IMG/VR virus record: IMGVR_UViG_3300042879_001567
Coordinates: 1-39,454 of that record
Reading direction: 5' to 3' (one strand)
Length of the DNA: 39,454 nt
From: a virus
Taxonomy: Duplodnaviria > Caudoviricetes
Shown: positions 1 to 8,127 of the stretch, one piece after another
Position numbering within the stretch: position 1 is the first letter of the stretch
How the letters are laid out: each line of letters starts with the position of its first letter
The notes under the pieces: generated by a model
Told to the model about the DNA's origin: nothing
What the model saw: only the letters and a program-made list of their open reading frames with translations
The model's database searches: none
Position numbers and translations under genes: made by a program

Positions 1-127
1 TCGCGGAGGTCGCGCTGCGCCTTCGCCTTCTCCTGGCCCCGCAGGTCGAGCGGGTCATAGTTGCTCACGATGCCATCCTACCAAATGCGATGTTTCGCAT
101 TGCGAAGATCAGCCGCCGTACAGCATC
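1..127. repeat. 127-bp terminal direct repeat (copy 1), most likely circular-assembly overlap
   Basis: 1..127 is identical to 39328..39454. The gene order runs continuously across the join. Confidence 0.95.
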
Positions 128-420
128 GTCGCCGCCGCGCCGAAGTTGCCGGCGCCGCCGATCTCCATGTCGGTGATCTGGAACTCGACCTTCTTCTCGG
201 TTCCGCCGGCGGTCTGCTCCGCGCCCGCCGACTTGACATAGGCACGGGCCGTGATCGTCACGACGCTGCCGATGGACGGCGGCGCGGTGATACGCAGCTT
301 CTCGAGTTCATCCGACTCCAGCTCGAGGCAAAGCCCCTCCGGGTACATCGGCTCGTCCATCTCGACCTGACCCGGCATCTCCTCGCGCTCTGGTTCGCGC
401 TTCATCGAAATCATCGCCAT
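109..420 (-). CDS. Small virion/head protein, 103 aa (epsilon15 gp10 staple / BPP-1 Bbp20-like)
   Basis: Real start is ATG 420 after AAGGA. Sequence MAMISMK...YPEGLCLELESDELEKL...VEFQITDMEI. Lies directly downstream of the portal. Confidence 0.6.
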   Translation of the reverse strand: MAMISMKREPEREEMPGQVEMDEPMYPEGLCLELESDELEKLRITAPPSIGSVVTITARAYVKSAGAEQTAGGTEKKVEFQITDMEIGGAGNFGAAATMLYGG

Positions 421-431
421 GTGGTTTCCTT

Positions 432-2144
432 TCAGACTTCGACGGCTGACGGAGATCCGTAGCCGCTGAACATGTTCATCACGTCGGTCAGGGCGTTGTT
501 GCCGCCGGTCGGCGCCTGCGCCATGTTCTTGACGGTCTGCGACTGCTGCTGCATCGCGGCCGCCTGCTCCTTGGTCGCCATCGCCTGGTTGCGCGTCTGG
601 CGCACCAGCGCGACCTCCTTGTCGGCGACGATGAGCGACGGGTCCACGCCGAGCATGTCCGCGTAGATGTCGGCCCACTGGTCGGCATCGAACTTGTCGA
701 GGATGTCGGGCTTCATCTGCGCGATGGCGCCGAGGTTGCCGACGAACCTGTCAACGGCGTTCGTCCCGATGGCGCGCTGCGCCTGCGCCAGCATTGACAC
801 GAACTCGACGTTCAGGTCCATGCCCTGCAGTTCCTCGGGCGCGGGCGGCAGCACCCCTGACTGGATCATGCGGTTGAAGGTGATGTCAATGAGCGGGTCG
901 AGCAGCTCGTTGTGCAGGCGCTCGAGGACCGGGCCGAGCATCAGGAGCTTCTCCTCGTGGCGCTCGGCGACCTCTGTGGCGGTCATGCGCGTGTTGGGCG
1001 CGGTCGCCAGCATCAGGAACAGGTCGGCGTAGAACGCGCCGCTGACGCGGCCGCGGCAGTCCTGTATGTCCTGCAGCAGGTAGTCGAGCCGCAGGTTGAC
1101 GTCGAAGGCGCTGCGGATGCCGTTGCCGGCCGGATCGACGTAGGTGATCCCGCCCGGGAGCGAATCGACGTCCCGGTTCTTCATCGAGGTCGGCACCTGC
1201 AGCGGCGGCTTCGTCTGGTAGTCGATGGCCTGCGCCTTGCGGAGCTGCTCGTGCTGGAGCTGCTTGACGTCGCCGAGCGCCTCCATGCCGGGGCTGTTCC
1301 CGTAGATGTCGCCGCCGACCACCGACCAGCGCGGGCAGAGCGCGGGGAAGTACATGAAACCGCTCTCGCGCAGGAACTTGTCCTGCTCGCCGCCGACCTC
1401 GAAGTACCACGACCCGTAGGGCATGTTCCTGTCATCGCGCTTCGTGATGTCGCGGTCCATGCGCGGCTCAATGGCATGCACGACCGGAACCCACGTGTCG
1501 AGCGTGCCTGTCTCGTACATGTTCCGCACGGACGTCGAGCAGTTCTCGAGGCCGAACTCCTTGACGAGCTGCGACACGGTCATGTCGAACTCGCGGTACA
1601 ACGTGCAGACGCGGCCCTGCGCGTCGGTCGAGATGCAGTACTCGCCGGCCGTGAGCGGATAGTGGTGGATGACCTGGTCGAAGTCGGGAAGCACGATGCT
1701 CGAGGCCGTCCCGAACGCGCCGAGTTCCTCGTACATCAGGTGCAGGGAGCGGTAGGTGTTCGACTTCTGGAACACTCGCTGCATGCGCTTGGTGACGTCA
1801 TCGAGCCAGAGCTTGACGGGCTGGTACGAGTTCAGCTCGGGGTCGGGCGTGGCGAGGCGGAACCACTGCCGTGCGGGTGACGTGGCACCTGACATCAGGC
1901 CGGCGCCGAGCGTGCGGAGCGCCCGCGTCCCGGTGTTGTCGTAGATGTTGTTGTGCCGGCGATAGCCGCGGTTGCGGTCCTCGCGGAAGTAGCGGCCGTT
2001 GCGCGGGAGGAGGTAGGAGGTGATCTCCTGCCAGTGCGCCATCCACGATGCGCGCTCGCTCTTGAGCTGACCCCAGCGCGTGAACAGGCGATCCCTCGTG
2101 GGAGCGTCCGGGTAGGAACGGTTGTCGCCTGTGTATTCGCTCAT
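432..2144 (-). CDS. Portal (head-to-tail connector) protein, T7 gp8/BPP-1-like
   Basis: 570 aa with motifs GLMSGATSPARQWFRL, YGNSPGMEALGD and MTATEVAERHEEKLLMLGPVLERL, typical of podovirus portals. Confidence 0.95.
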   Translation of the reverse strand: MSEYTGDNRSYPDAPTRDRLFTRWGQLKSERASWMAHWQEITSYLLPRNGRYFREDRNRGYRRHNNIYDNTGTRALRTLGAGLMSGATSPARQWFRLATPDPELNSYQPVKLWLDDVTKRMQRVFQKSNTYRSLHLMYEELGAFGTASSIVLPDFDQVIHHYPLTAGEYCISTDAQGRVCTLYREFDMTVSQLVKEFGLENCSTSVRNMYETGTLDTWVPVVHAIEPRMDRDITKRDDRNMPYGSWYFEVGGEQDKFLRESGFMYFPALCPRWSVVGGDIYGNSPGMEALGDVKQLQHEQLRKAQAIDYQTKPPLQVPTSMKNRDVDSLPGGITYVDPAGNGIRSAFDVNLRLDYLLQDIQDCRGRVSGAFYADLFLMLATAPNTRMTATEVAERHEEKLLMLGPVLERLHNELLDPLIDITFNRMIQSGVLPPAPEELQGMDLNVEFVSMLAQAQRAIGTNAVDRFVGNLGAIAQMKPDILDKFDADQWADIYADMLGVDPSLIVADKEVALVRQTRNQAMATKEQAAAMQQQSQTVKNMAQAPTGGNNALTDVMNMFSGYGSPSAVEV

Positions 2145-2145
2145 G

Positions 2146-2535
2146 TCAGCCCCCGAGGAGGGTGGATCGTCCGAGCTGCAGGTCGGCGGGGTTCACGCCC
2201 ATCGGCCCGGTGAGCATGGTGCTGGACGGGCCGCCTGCGGCCTCCTGCGCGCTCGCCATGATGGCCTGCACGTTCGGCTCGCGGCGCTGTGCGCCTGCGA
2301 TGGCCTGCTCGCTGCGGCGCTGCTGCATGGCGGCCTGCGCGACCTGCTGCTGCTGCGCTGCGGCCTGCTGCCGCATGGCCTCGCTCTGGGCCTTCTTGCC
2401 AGCCTCGCCGCTCGAGATCGTGTACCCGAGTCCGGCGCCGGTGGCCGCGAGTCCCGCCGTGGCAAGCGCACCAACAGTCCCTGCCGCTGCCGCCGATGCA
2501 CCGAGAGCGGTGCCGAGTGCTGCGAAGAATGGCAT
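2146..2535 (-). CDS. Small Ala/Gln-rich virion protein upstream of portal
   Basis: 129 aa with hydrophobic Ala/Gly N-terminus, Q-rich coil and TMLTG...TLLGG tail. Its position matches T7 gp6.7/7.3-like genes. Confidence 0.55.
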   Translation of the reverse strand: MPFFAALGTALGASAAAAGTVGALATAGLAATGAGLGYTISSGEAGKKAQSEAMRQQAAAQQQQVAQAAMQQRRSEQAIAGAQRREPNVQAIMASAQEAAGGPSSTMLTGPMGVNPADLQLGRSTLLGG

Positions 2536-2985
2536 CTAGCCTCCCTTTACGTAGGTCATCTCGCTCGGCTCGTACCCGAGCTTTCGCAGCATCCTACCAA
2601 CCTGCTCCCCGTTCTCCGCGACGAGTTGCGACATCGCGACCACGTGCGCGCCTTGCTCGTGCGCCCACTCCTCGTATGCGCGCACCAACCGGATCGCCGC
2701 GCTCGAGCCGCGGGCCTCCTCGTCAACCCACCACGCCAGTTCGTGCGCGACCAGGATGTGCGGCGCGAACCACATCGGCGCGACCGCGCAGGCAAGCATC
2801 CCCACCGTCCTGCCGTCGATCTCGGCGAGGAACCACGCGCCGACCTGCAGGAACGCAGCCACGCCGGCGCGGAGCTGCTCACGGTCGGCCGTCACGTACT
2901 TGCCGTGCGGGCCGAAGGCGATGAACCGCTGGCCCATGTCAACGATTGCGTCCAGGTCATCGACGGTCGCCCTGCGAATTGACAT
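2536..2985 (-). CDS. GNAT-family acetyltransferase
   Basis: IRRATVDDLDAI start, WWVDEEARGS acetyl-CoA motif A, LGYEPSE end. Confidence 0.8.
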   Translation of the reverse strand: MSIRRATVDDLDAIVDMGQRFIAFGPHGKYVTADREQLRAGVAAFLQVGAWFLAEIDGRTVGMLACAVAPMWFAPHILVAHELAWWVDEEARGSSAAIRLVRAYEEWAHEQGAHVVAMSQLVAENGEQVGRMLRKLGYEPSEMTYVKGG

Positions 2986-4310
2986 CAGACTTCCTCGTAT
3001 GGGTCGTAGTCGCGCTGGCGCGGCGACAGTCGCTCGCGCACCTCGCGTGGCAATTGCTTGGCAACGGGATACGCGAACGTCAACGCAAGGGCATCGGCGA
3101 TGTCCGGGCTGCCGCCGCCCTGCAGCCGCTTCTTGATGTCATCCTTCGACTCAAGGCACCGCCGGCCGACCGCGTCGTACCAGTAGGTTGGCGTTGACAG
3201 TTCAGCCGTCAGGTCGGTGCGGTCGGGGAGGCAGCCGCCCATGTCGAGCCATTCCTTGACGCTCCACCACATTTCCGTCCGCTTGTTGACGAACAGGTTC
3301 GGGTTCGTGGCCTTGCCGCCGAACGGCACCTCGATCACGTCGTAGCCGAGCTGGCGCAGTCGGTCGATGACGCCGGCGCCCGCGCCGCTGTCAATGAACA
3401 CGGCGTCCGGGTCGCGGTCCTCGATGACGTTGGCGACGGCCGAGGCCAGGGTCATGTTGTCGATCCCGGTGAACACCTGCGGCGGCTCCATCCTCAGCCC
3501 CTGCCGCAGCACGATGACGCTGCGGTCATCGCCGAACCGGGCCGGGTCCACGCCGACCACGAGCGGGGATTCGATGACGTCGCCGTCCGCGATCTTGCGC
3601 TCGGCGGCGGCCGTGGCATCGCTCAAACTGATGAGCTGGTCCTCGCCGGCGGCGGCGAAGTCGCACAGATACTCTCGAGCGAATGCCTGCTCGGGCATGT
3701 CGCGCTTGAGGCGGGCGACCTCGTCCTCGTCCAGGGCGTCCGTGTCGTGGACGGTGTATCGCGCCGCCCACCAGTCAGGGAGGCTCGAGGCGCGGTAGAA
3801 CAGCTCGCTGAACAGGTTCAGGCCGTTGGGCGTCCCGATGAACATGGCCCAGCCGCGGCGGTCGGACAGGGCCGGCTGCAGGATGTCCTGCCAGACCTCG
3901 GGCTTGATCTGGGCGACCTCGTCAATGACGCACCCGTCGAGGCGAACGCCGCGCAGGGCGTCCGGGTTGTCGCCGCCGAACAGGCGGATGGTCGCCTTGT
4001 TGTGCTTGAACGTGACGGACAGGTCTGCCTCGTTGATGTCAACGGCGGCAGTACGCAGGAACGGGTCGAGCTTCTGTTTCAGGCGCGCCCAGGCGATGGC
4101 CTTGGCCTGCTTGAGCAAGGGGGCCACGTAGACGAACAGGCCGAGCGGCTCCTTGAACCTCGCCGTCTGGTGGAGCAGTTCCATGAGCGCCAGCTCGGTC
4201 TTGCCGGCACGGCGGTGCAGGGCGAGGACAGTGAACCGCTTGCGCTCGAGGTGGCATCGCCGCTGCCATGGCCGCGGCTCGTATCCGATCCGAACGGTTT
4301 CAGTCCGCAT
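2985..4310 (-). CDS. terL: Terminase large subunit
   Basis: Walker A HRRAGKT, LRG..LDGCVIDE Walker B, IGTPNG motif III, RNase H-like nuclease GVDPARFGDD and SPDIADAL. Confidence 0.95.
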   Translation of the reverse strand: MRTETVRIGYEPRPWQRRCHLERKRFTVLALHRRAGKTELALMELLHQTARFKEPLGLFVYVAPLLKQAKAIAWARLKQKLDPFLRTAAVDINEADLSVTFKHNKATIRLFGGDNPDALRGVRLDGCVIDEVAQIKPEVWQDILQPALSDRRGWAMFIGTPNGLNLFSELFYRASSLPDWWAARYTVHDTDALDEDEVARLKRDMPEQAFAREYLCDFAAAGEDQLISLSDATAAAERKIADGDVIESPLVVGVDPARFGDDRSVIVLRQGLRMEPPQVFTGIDNMTLASAVANVIEDRDPDAVFIDSGAGAGVIDRLRQLGYDVIEVPFGGKATNPNLFVNKRTEMWWSVKEWLDMGGCLPDRTDLTAELSTPTYWYDAVGRRCLESKDDIKKRLQGGGSPDIADALALTFAYPVAKQLPREVRERLSPRQRDYDPYEEV

Positions 4311-4701
4311 GCGGGACGCCGGTGATGACGTTCAGGATCACGCCGCCCTCGTGGGCGACGGCCTGCCTGTCACCGTACTTCTTGGGGTTCCACTTCGCGA
4401 GGAGCTTGAGGATGGTGTCAACCTGCAGCCTGCGCTGCGTGACCTCGACCTGGTCTTGGCACGGATCGAACGCAATCCGCAGGCACTTGTCGGCGAGTTC
4501 GTCGTAGCCTTCCTCGCGGGCGCGTGCGATGCGTAGGGAAAGTCCCTCGTCCCGGTCCATCCAGTCGTACACCGTAGTGAAGTGCGGCTTGCCCGGAAGT
4601 CTGCACCACTCTCGCATGGGCTTGCCTTCCGAAATCCACGCAACGAGTTCATTCACAAGTGCTTGCGTCATTTCCGGCGGCCGCCCAAACTTGCGCTTCA
4701 C
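4300..4701 (-). CDS. terS: Terminase small subunit (Sf6/P22-like)
   Basis: Probable GTG start at 4701 overlapping the upstream stop (GTGA). GRP..., HTH-like ISEGKPMREWC...TVYDW, AKWNPKKYGDR. Directly upstream of terL. Confidence 0.8.
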   Translation of the reverse strand: MKRKFGRPPEMTQALVNELVAWISEGKPMREWCRLPGKPHFTTVYDWMDRDEGLSLRIARAREEGYDELADKCLRIAFDPCQDQVEVTQRRLQVDTILKLLAKWNPKKYGDRQAVAHEGGVILNVITGVPHAD

Positions 4702-4847
4702 TTCTTTCGGCGCTTCGCTGCCTTTGCCTTGTCGGCGCGGACGAACTTCTTGGCTACCGACATGGGTACTCCGACCTTTGCGGCGAACGAGCGGCTGTGA
4801 GCTGCTGCCTGCATGAGGCGCTTCTGCGCCGGCGACTTGCTTGGCAT
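4698..4847 (-). CDS. Small basic phage protein, 49 aa (MPSKSPAQKRLMQAAAHSRSFAAKVGVPMSVAKKF...)
   Basis: ATG at 4847 after GAAGGA, coupled to both neighbours. K/R-rich. Confidence 0.7.
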   Translation of the reverse strand: MPSKSPAQKRLMQAAAHSRSFAAKVGVPMSVAKKFVRADKAKAAKRRKK

Positions 4848-5092
4848 CACGGTTCCTTCGGGGTGAGGGTGAGGTTGAATCCTGCTGCATGTGCGATCTT
4901 CAGGATGGAGTCGAATGCGGGCTTTCGGCGCCCGATGACGGTACCGGGCGAACCGAGCAGGCTCTTGACGGTGTGGGCGCGGAGGATTCCCTTGCTGTCC
5001 ATGTCGTTGGCGAGCGCGGAGCGCGTGCTTCCGCGGCTGGCGACTGCTTCGGTGATGGCGCGCTTGAAATCGTCGTAGCAACGAATCTGCAT
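4847..5092 (-). CDS. Putative XRE-like HTH DNA-binding protein
   Basis: TRSALAND...PAFDSILKIAHAAGFNLTL resembles the XRE fold. Start placed at ATG 5092 (leaderless, extended -10 at 5100-5108). Confidence 0.5.
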   Translation of the reverse strand: MQIRCYDDFKRAITEAVASRGSTRSALANDMDSKGILRAHTVKSLLGSPGTVIGRRKPAFDSILKIAHAAGFNLTLTPKEP

Positions 5093-5105
5093 ACGGCCGA
5101 GCATA

Positions 5106-5387
5106 TCACTTGGAATTGACGATCTCGCCGAAATCTTCGGAGGTTGCTGCCCAGCAGATGCGCGGGGTGCCTGGTCCGAGGTAGTTGAGTTCGATGCGGT
5201 CGGTGACGAACGCGAGTGCTTCGGCGTGCGAGAGGTGTTCCTGGTCGCGGATGCGGGCTGCGATCATGTCGCCGGAGTACAGCGCAACGGGGATTCCCTC
5301 CTCGTTGGGGAGCGGGTAGACCTTGCCGAGGAGGCAATCGTCAAGTCCCGCGAGGAGGATTGGCATGCACTTTTTCCGCCGTGCCAT
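5106..5387 (-). CDS. Hypothetical phage protein, 93 aa
   Basis: Clean ORF in operon order (GLDDCLLG...EALAF...YLGPGTP). Confidence 0.65.
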   Translation of the reverse strand: MARRKKCMPILLAGLDDCLLGKVYPLPNEEGIPVALYSGDMIAARIRDQEHLSHAEALAFVTDRIELNYLGPGTPRICWAATSEDFGEIVNSK

Positions 5388-5405
5388 GCGTGGAAGTCTA
5401 CAGAG

Positions 5406-5442
5406 GCAGACCCCGCGAACATGATTTGCTCACGGGGTCTGC
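5406..5442 (-). terminator. 16-bp stem-loop (terminator-like or processing site) after gene 5464..6045
   Basis: GCAGACCCCG/CGGGGTCTGC plus 6 bp with G-U pairs on the minus strand. The U-tail is weak. Confidence 0.5.
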
Positions 5443-5463
5443 GAATGTTGCGGAGGTTGTCGG

Positions 5464-6045
5464 TCAGGCGGGTTCGCGCTCGGGGTCGGGCGGGTTGTGC
5501 TGGGTCTGCGAGATCACCCAATTCCTGAAATCGTCGTAGTGCCGGCGCAGGCTTCGGCTTTCGCTTGCCCACTCCTGGGTGTCGTAGTCTTCGACCTTGT
5601 TGTGCATGTCCTCGATGAGCCTCTCCGCTGACTGCCGTGCTTCGCCGACGTGTTCGTGCTGCTGGACGGCGAGGACAATCCTGAACTGCGGCGTGCCTTT
5701 GGCGTCAACGCCGTGCCACCACCACCATTCGTCATCCTCGGGGTCCATCAGCTCGAGGTGCGGTGCCATGCGCTCGGGCAGCACCTCGACGCGGGCGCCG
5801 AACTCGAGCGTGTCGCACTCGATTGCGCCCATGCGCGAGTTCCAGCGGAAGGCGACGGTCCCGGGCCACTTCAGGTTCCACGTGTCAATCAGCAGCTCTG
5901 GCGTGATTCTGTTCCCGTGGCACAGGCCGAAGTTAATGCGTGATGACAGGACGGAAGCGTTGTCATCGCACCACTTCTCAAAGCCAGGGACGTCGAGCGT
6001 CATCGTGCTGTCGTGTTGGTCGCGCCATGCAATCACGTACCACAT
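5464..6045 (-). CDS. Hypothetical Trp-rich early protein, 193 aa
   Basis: Strong RBS AAGGAG, with its own promoter upstream and a hairpin downstream. Confidence 0.7.
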   Translation of the reverse strand: MWYVIAWRDQHDSTMTLDVPGFEKWCDDNASVLSSRINFGLCHGNRITPELLIDTWNLKWPGTVAFRWNSRMGAIECDTLEFGARVEVLPERMAPHLELMDPEDDEWWWWHGVDAKGTPQFRIVLAVQQHEHVGEARQSAERLIEDMHNKVEDYDTQEWASESRSLRRHYDDFRNWVISQTQHNPPDPEREPA

Positions 6046-6099
6046 GTCAATCTCCTTGGTGATGTTTCAGATCGGCGGCACCTCGCCGCCTTGGCGTGG

Positions 6100-6128
6100 A
6101 TCGTATACGCCCTCGTAGGCGCGGTCAA
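6100..6128 (-). promoter_or_regulatory. Sigma70-type promoter P3
   Basis: TTGACC (6128-6123), 17-nt spacer, TACGAT (6105-6100). Confidence 0.65.
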
Positions 6129-6571
6129 GGGTTCTGCCGGCACCATTCGACCATGAGCGCGATGATGCGCCGCTGCGTGACGTGCAGGCCCATCCGCTCC
6201 TGCGCGGCGGCGATCTCGTGCGGGCTAGCCGTGGCGAGGATGCGCTCGGCGTCTGCCTCCCATTCGGCGAGTTCGTGGGCCGGCGGCGGCTGGCAGTCGA
6301 GGTGTTCGCGGCGCGTGCGCTGCACCTCGTTGATGCCCTCGCTGCTGGCGTTGTTGGCCGAAGTCACCTTGCAGTACGCCTTGTGGATGCTCGAGAGGTC
6401 CGGCACCTTGTCTCGCTCGAGGCGGTGCTGCTCGATGCAGTCGCGCAGCTTGTCCTGGTGCAGCTGTCCCCAGCGCCGGTTCAGGAGGTTGGCCTCGGCC
6501 TGGGACGGCTTCCATCCCGGCCAGAGTTCGACCATGAGTTTCTTGTTGTCAATCCATGAGATGGCGTCCAT
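6125..6571 (-). CDS. Hypothetical protein downstream of the replication initiator (possible helicase-loader partner)
   Basis: 148-aa ORF with RBS GAGGA. The function is a positional guess only. Confidence 0.55.
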   Translation of the reverse strand: MDAISWIDNKKLMVELWPGWKPSQAEANLLNRRWGQLHQDKLRDCIEQHRLERDKVPDLSSIHKAYCKVTSANNASSEGINEVQRTRREHLDCQPPPAHELAEWEADAERILATASPHEIAAAQERMGLHVTQRRIIALMVEWCRQNP

Positions 6572-6582
6572 GTTCGTCCTCG

Positions 6583-7098
6583 TCAGAATGGCGTGTAGGT
6601 TGGGTTGGATCGGTTCTCTTCAAGTTCCTTCAGCCTTCGCCGCCGCCCCCCCTTCCGTGAAGGGGGGGCTATGGGGGGATCTATATGTGAATGTGGATGT
6701 GGATACGGACGGTCACCGCTACGGTCACCGTCACGGTCACCGTCACGCTGACCGTGCTTTCGCTTCGCATTTGTGGCCTCAGCGGCCATCTGGCGCGCCT
6801 TACGCACCTTCTCGGTCTTTGCGCGCTCACGTTCCATGCGCGGATGCACCCATGCTTGCACACGGTCACCGTCACGGTCACCGTGCGGAACGAGTCGCGC
6901 ACGGATCTGCGACCACGCCTCTGGTGTCATCCCTCCCGTGATTCTCTGTAACTCGTTGTTGTCACTCGGGATGCATCCGTTTATCCACGCATAGCACAGC
7001 AGTCGCGTGTAGGCGCCGACCACCTCAGGCGCCATCGACATGGTGCTGGCGATGAAATCCGGCACGTACAGGGGAAACCATGGCAGGTCCGTTGCCAT
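6583..7098 (-). CDS. DUF1376/YdaU-like replication initiator (replisome organiser)
   Basis: MATDLPWFPLYVPDFIASTMSM...GAYTRLLCYAW...GCIPSD...L.RI; HPRMERER coil. Contains iterons. ATG 7098 with GGAG 6 nt upstream. Confidence 0.8.
   Translation of the reverse strand: MATDLPWFPLYVPDFIASTMSMAPEVVGAYTRLLCYAWINGCIPSDNNELQRITGGMTPEAWSQIRARLVPHGDRDGDRVQAWVHPRMERERAKTEKVRKARQMAAEATNAKRKHGQRDGDRDGDRSGDRPYPHPHSHIDPPIAPPSRKGGRRRRLKELEENRSNPTYTPF
6709..6885. repeat. Six 12-bp near-palindromic iterons (ACGGTCACCGTC), putative replication origin
   Basis: Four tandem units at 6709-6756 and two at 6862-6885, inside the initiator gene as in lambda O. Confidence 0.7.
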
Positions 7099-7112
7099 CG
7101 TGAACTCCAACA

Positions 7113-7192
7113 GACCGGGGCGGGACAGGGAGCGGCTGCAAGCAACCTATCCCGCCCTCGGTCATTGAGATGTCGAGCAGTTGCAGCCGCTC
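7113..7192 (-). promoter_or_regulatory. Structured 5' leader of the initiator mRNA (interleaved 12-bp and 17-bp helices)
   Basis: 7192-7181 pairs perfectly with 7141-7130. 7163-7146 pairs with 7129-7113 (one bulge, one U-G). Confidence 0.65.
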
Positions 7193-7209
7193 TGCGCGCA
7201 GTATATCAT
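7181..7209 (+). promoter_or_regulatory. Sigma70-type promoter for a small RNA, overlapping the divergent promoter
   Basis: TTGCAG (7181-7186), 17-nt spacer, TATCAT (7204-7209). Confidence 0.55.
7200..7208 (-). promoter_or_regulatory. Extended -10 promoter for the initiator operon
   Basis: TGaTATACT. The predicted start (~7192) coincides with the first base of the leader helix. Confidence 0.6.
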
Positions 7210-7215
7210 CTCCTC

Positions 7216-7354
7216 GTCGGTTGTGTCGCCGGGATGCCCCAGGCTTGTTGCCTGTTCGGCGCCGCGACTGACAACGGGAAGCCACGGACGGCTCCCGAAC
7301 TTTGCCCCCGGAACGCGCCCCGCGTTGATCTCACGATCCGCGGGGCGTTTCTTT
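7216..7354 (+). ncRNA. Putative ~140-nt structured small RNA
   Basis: Promoter, three hairpins (7216-7272, 7275-7297, 7316-7347) and a U-tail. G-U pairs form only on the plus strand. No credible ORF. Confidence 0.55.
7316..7354 (+). terminator. Intrinsic terminator
   Basis: CGCCCCGCG/CGCGGGGCG stem followed by TTTCTTT. Confidence 0.7.
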
Positions 7355-7490
7355 CGTCGTTGTCCGACCCGAAACGACCTTGTCCGACCTTGTCCGCCCC
7401 GGCTCGTATGTGAGCGAATCCGCCACACTTGTGACGATGTGTAGTACTTCCGCTCCAACGACCGACATTCCGTAGCAGTACCCTCCCCGT

Positions 7491-7979
7491 ATGCGCGTCA
7501 CGCTCGTGGATACCGAGGTACGGATATGCAAGTGGTTGGCCGCGCAGCGGTTTGCGGTTGCCCGCCGTTCCGGCGTGAGCGACAGGCAGATGGGGCCGCA
7601 GTCGAGCGAGCAGACCGACCTTGACGGGATCGCCGGCGAGTTCGCGTTCTGCAAGGCCATGAACCTCTGGCCCGACATGACCATCGGCGCACGAAGCGGG
7701 GGTCACGATGCCGCGTTCGGAGCAACGTCCATCGACGTCAAGACCACGCGGCACGCAAGCGGGCATCTGCTCGCTACCACCAAGAAATCGGACACCGCCA
7801 GCGACGTGTATGTCCTCGTCATCGGGACGATCCCGGAGTTCCGCGTGGTGGGCTGGGCATCAGCGGCGATGCTGTTCCACGAGGACAACCTCAGCGACTT
7901 CGGGCATGGCCTTGGATACGCTCTGCCGCAATACAGGCTGCGGCCGCTCCATGAGCTGCGGGACAGCGCACGAACTTAG
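7491..7979 (+). CDS. Putative PD-(D/E)xK nuclease-fold phage protein
   Basis: GIAGEFA...GHD...IDVKTT motif pattern. Confidence 0.55.
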   Translation: MRVTLVDTEVRICKWLAAQRFAVARRSGVSDRQMGPQSSEQTDLDGIAGEFAFCKAMNLWPDMTIGARSGGHDAAFGATSIDVKTTRHASGHLLATTKKSDTASDVYVLVIGTIPEFRVVGWASAAMLFHEDNLSDFGHGLGYALPQYRLRPLHELRDSART

Positions 7980-8127
7980 TCGTGCCTGCCCCTGGCGGTA
8001 GGTTGCTCTTTACCCCAATGGCTGCGCCGGCGGGCGGCGTACCTCGCGGCCTTCAGGCCCGCCCCATGCAGGGAATCGGCTCCGACCCCTCAGCCCCGCA
8101 TCTCCGCGTCCGTAGGATACTGCCACG

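Noticed and set aside
2146-2545. C-terminal Gly-Gly in several proteins as a ubiquitin-like conjugation signal
   Set aside because: It is mostly explained by the GGAGG/GGGGG ribosome-binding site of the next gene overlapping the last codons. No E1/E2-like genes are present.
6709-6885. CRISPR mini-array
   Set aside because: The units are 12-bp tandem repeats without unique spacers and lie inside a coding gene.
7980-8127. HDV-like ribozyme or tRNA in the GC-rich intergenic gap
   Set aside because: A CCTCGC and short stems are present, but I could not build the P1-P4 nested pseudoknot or a cloverleaf.
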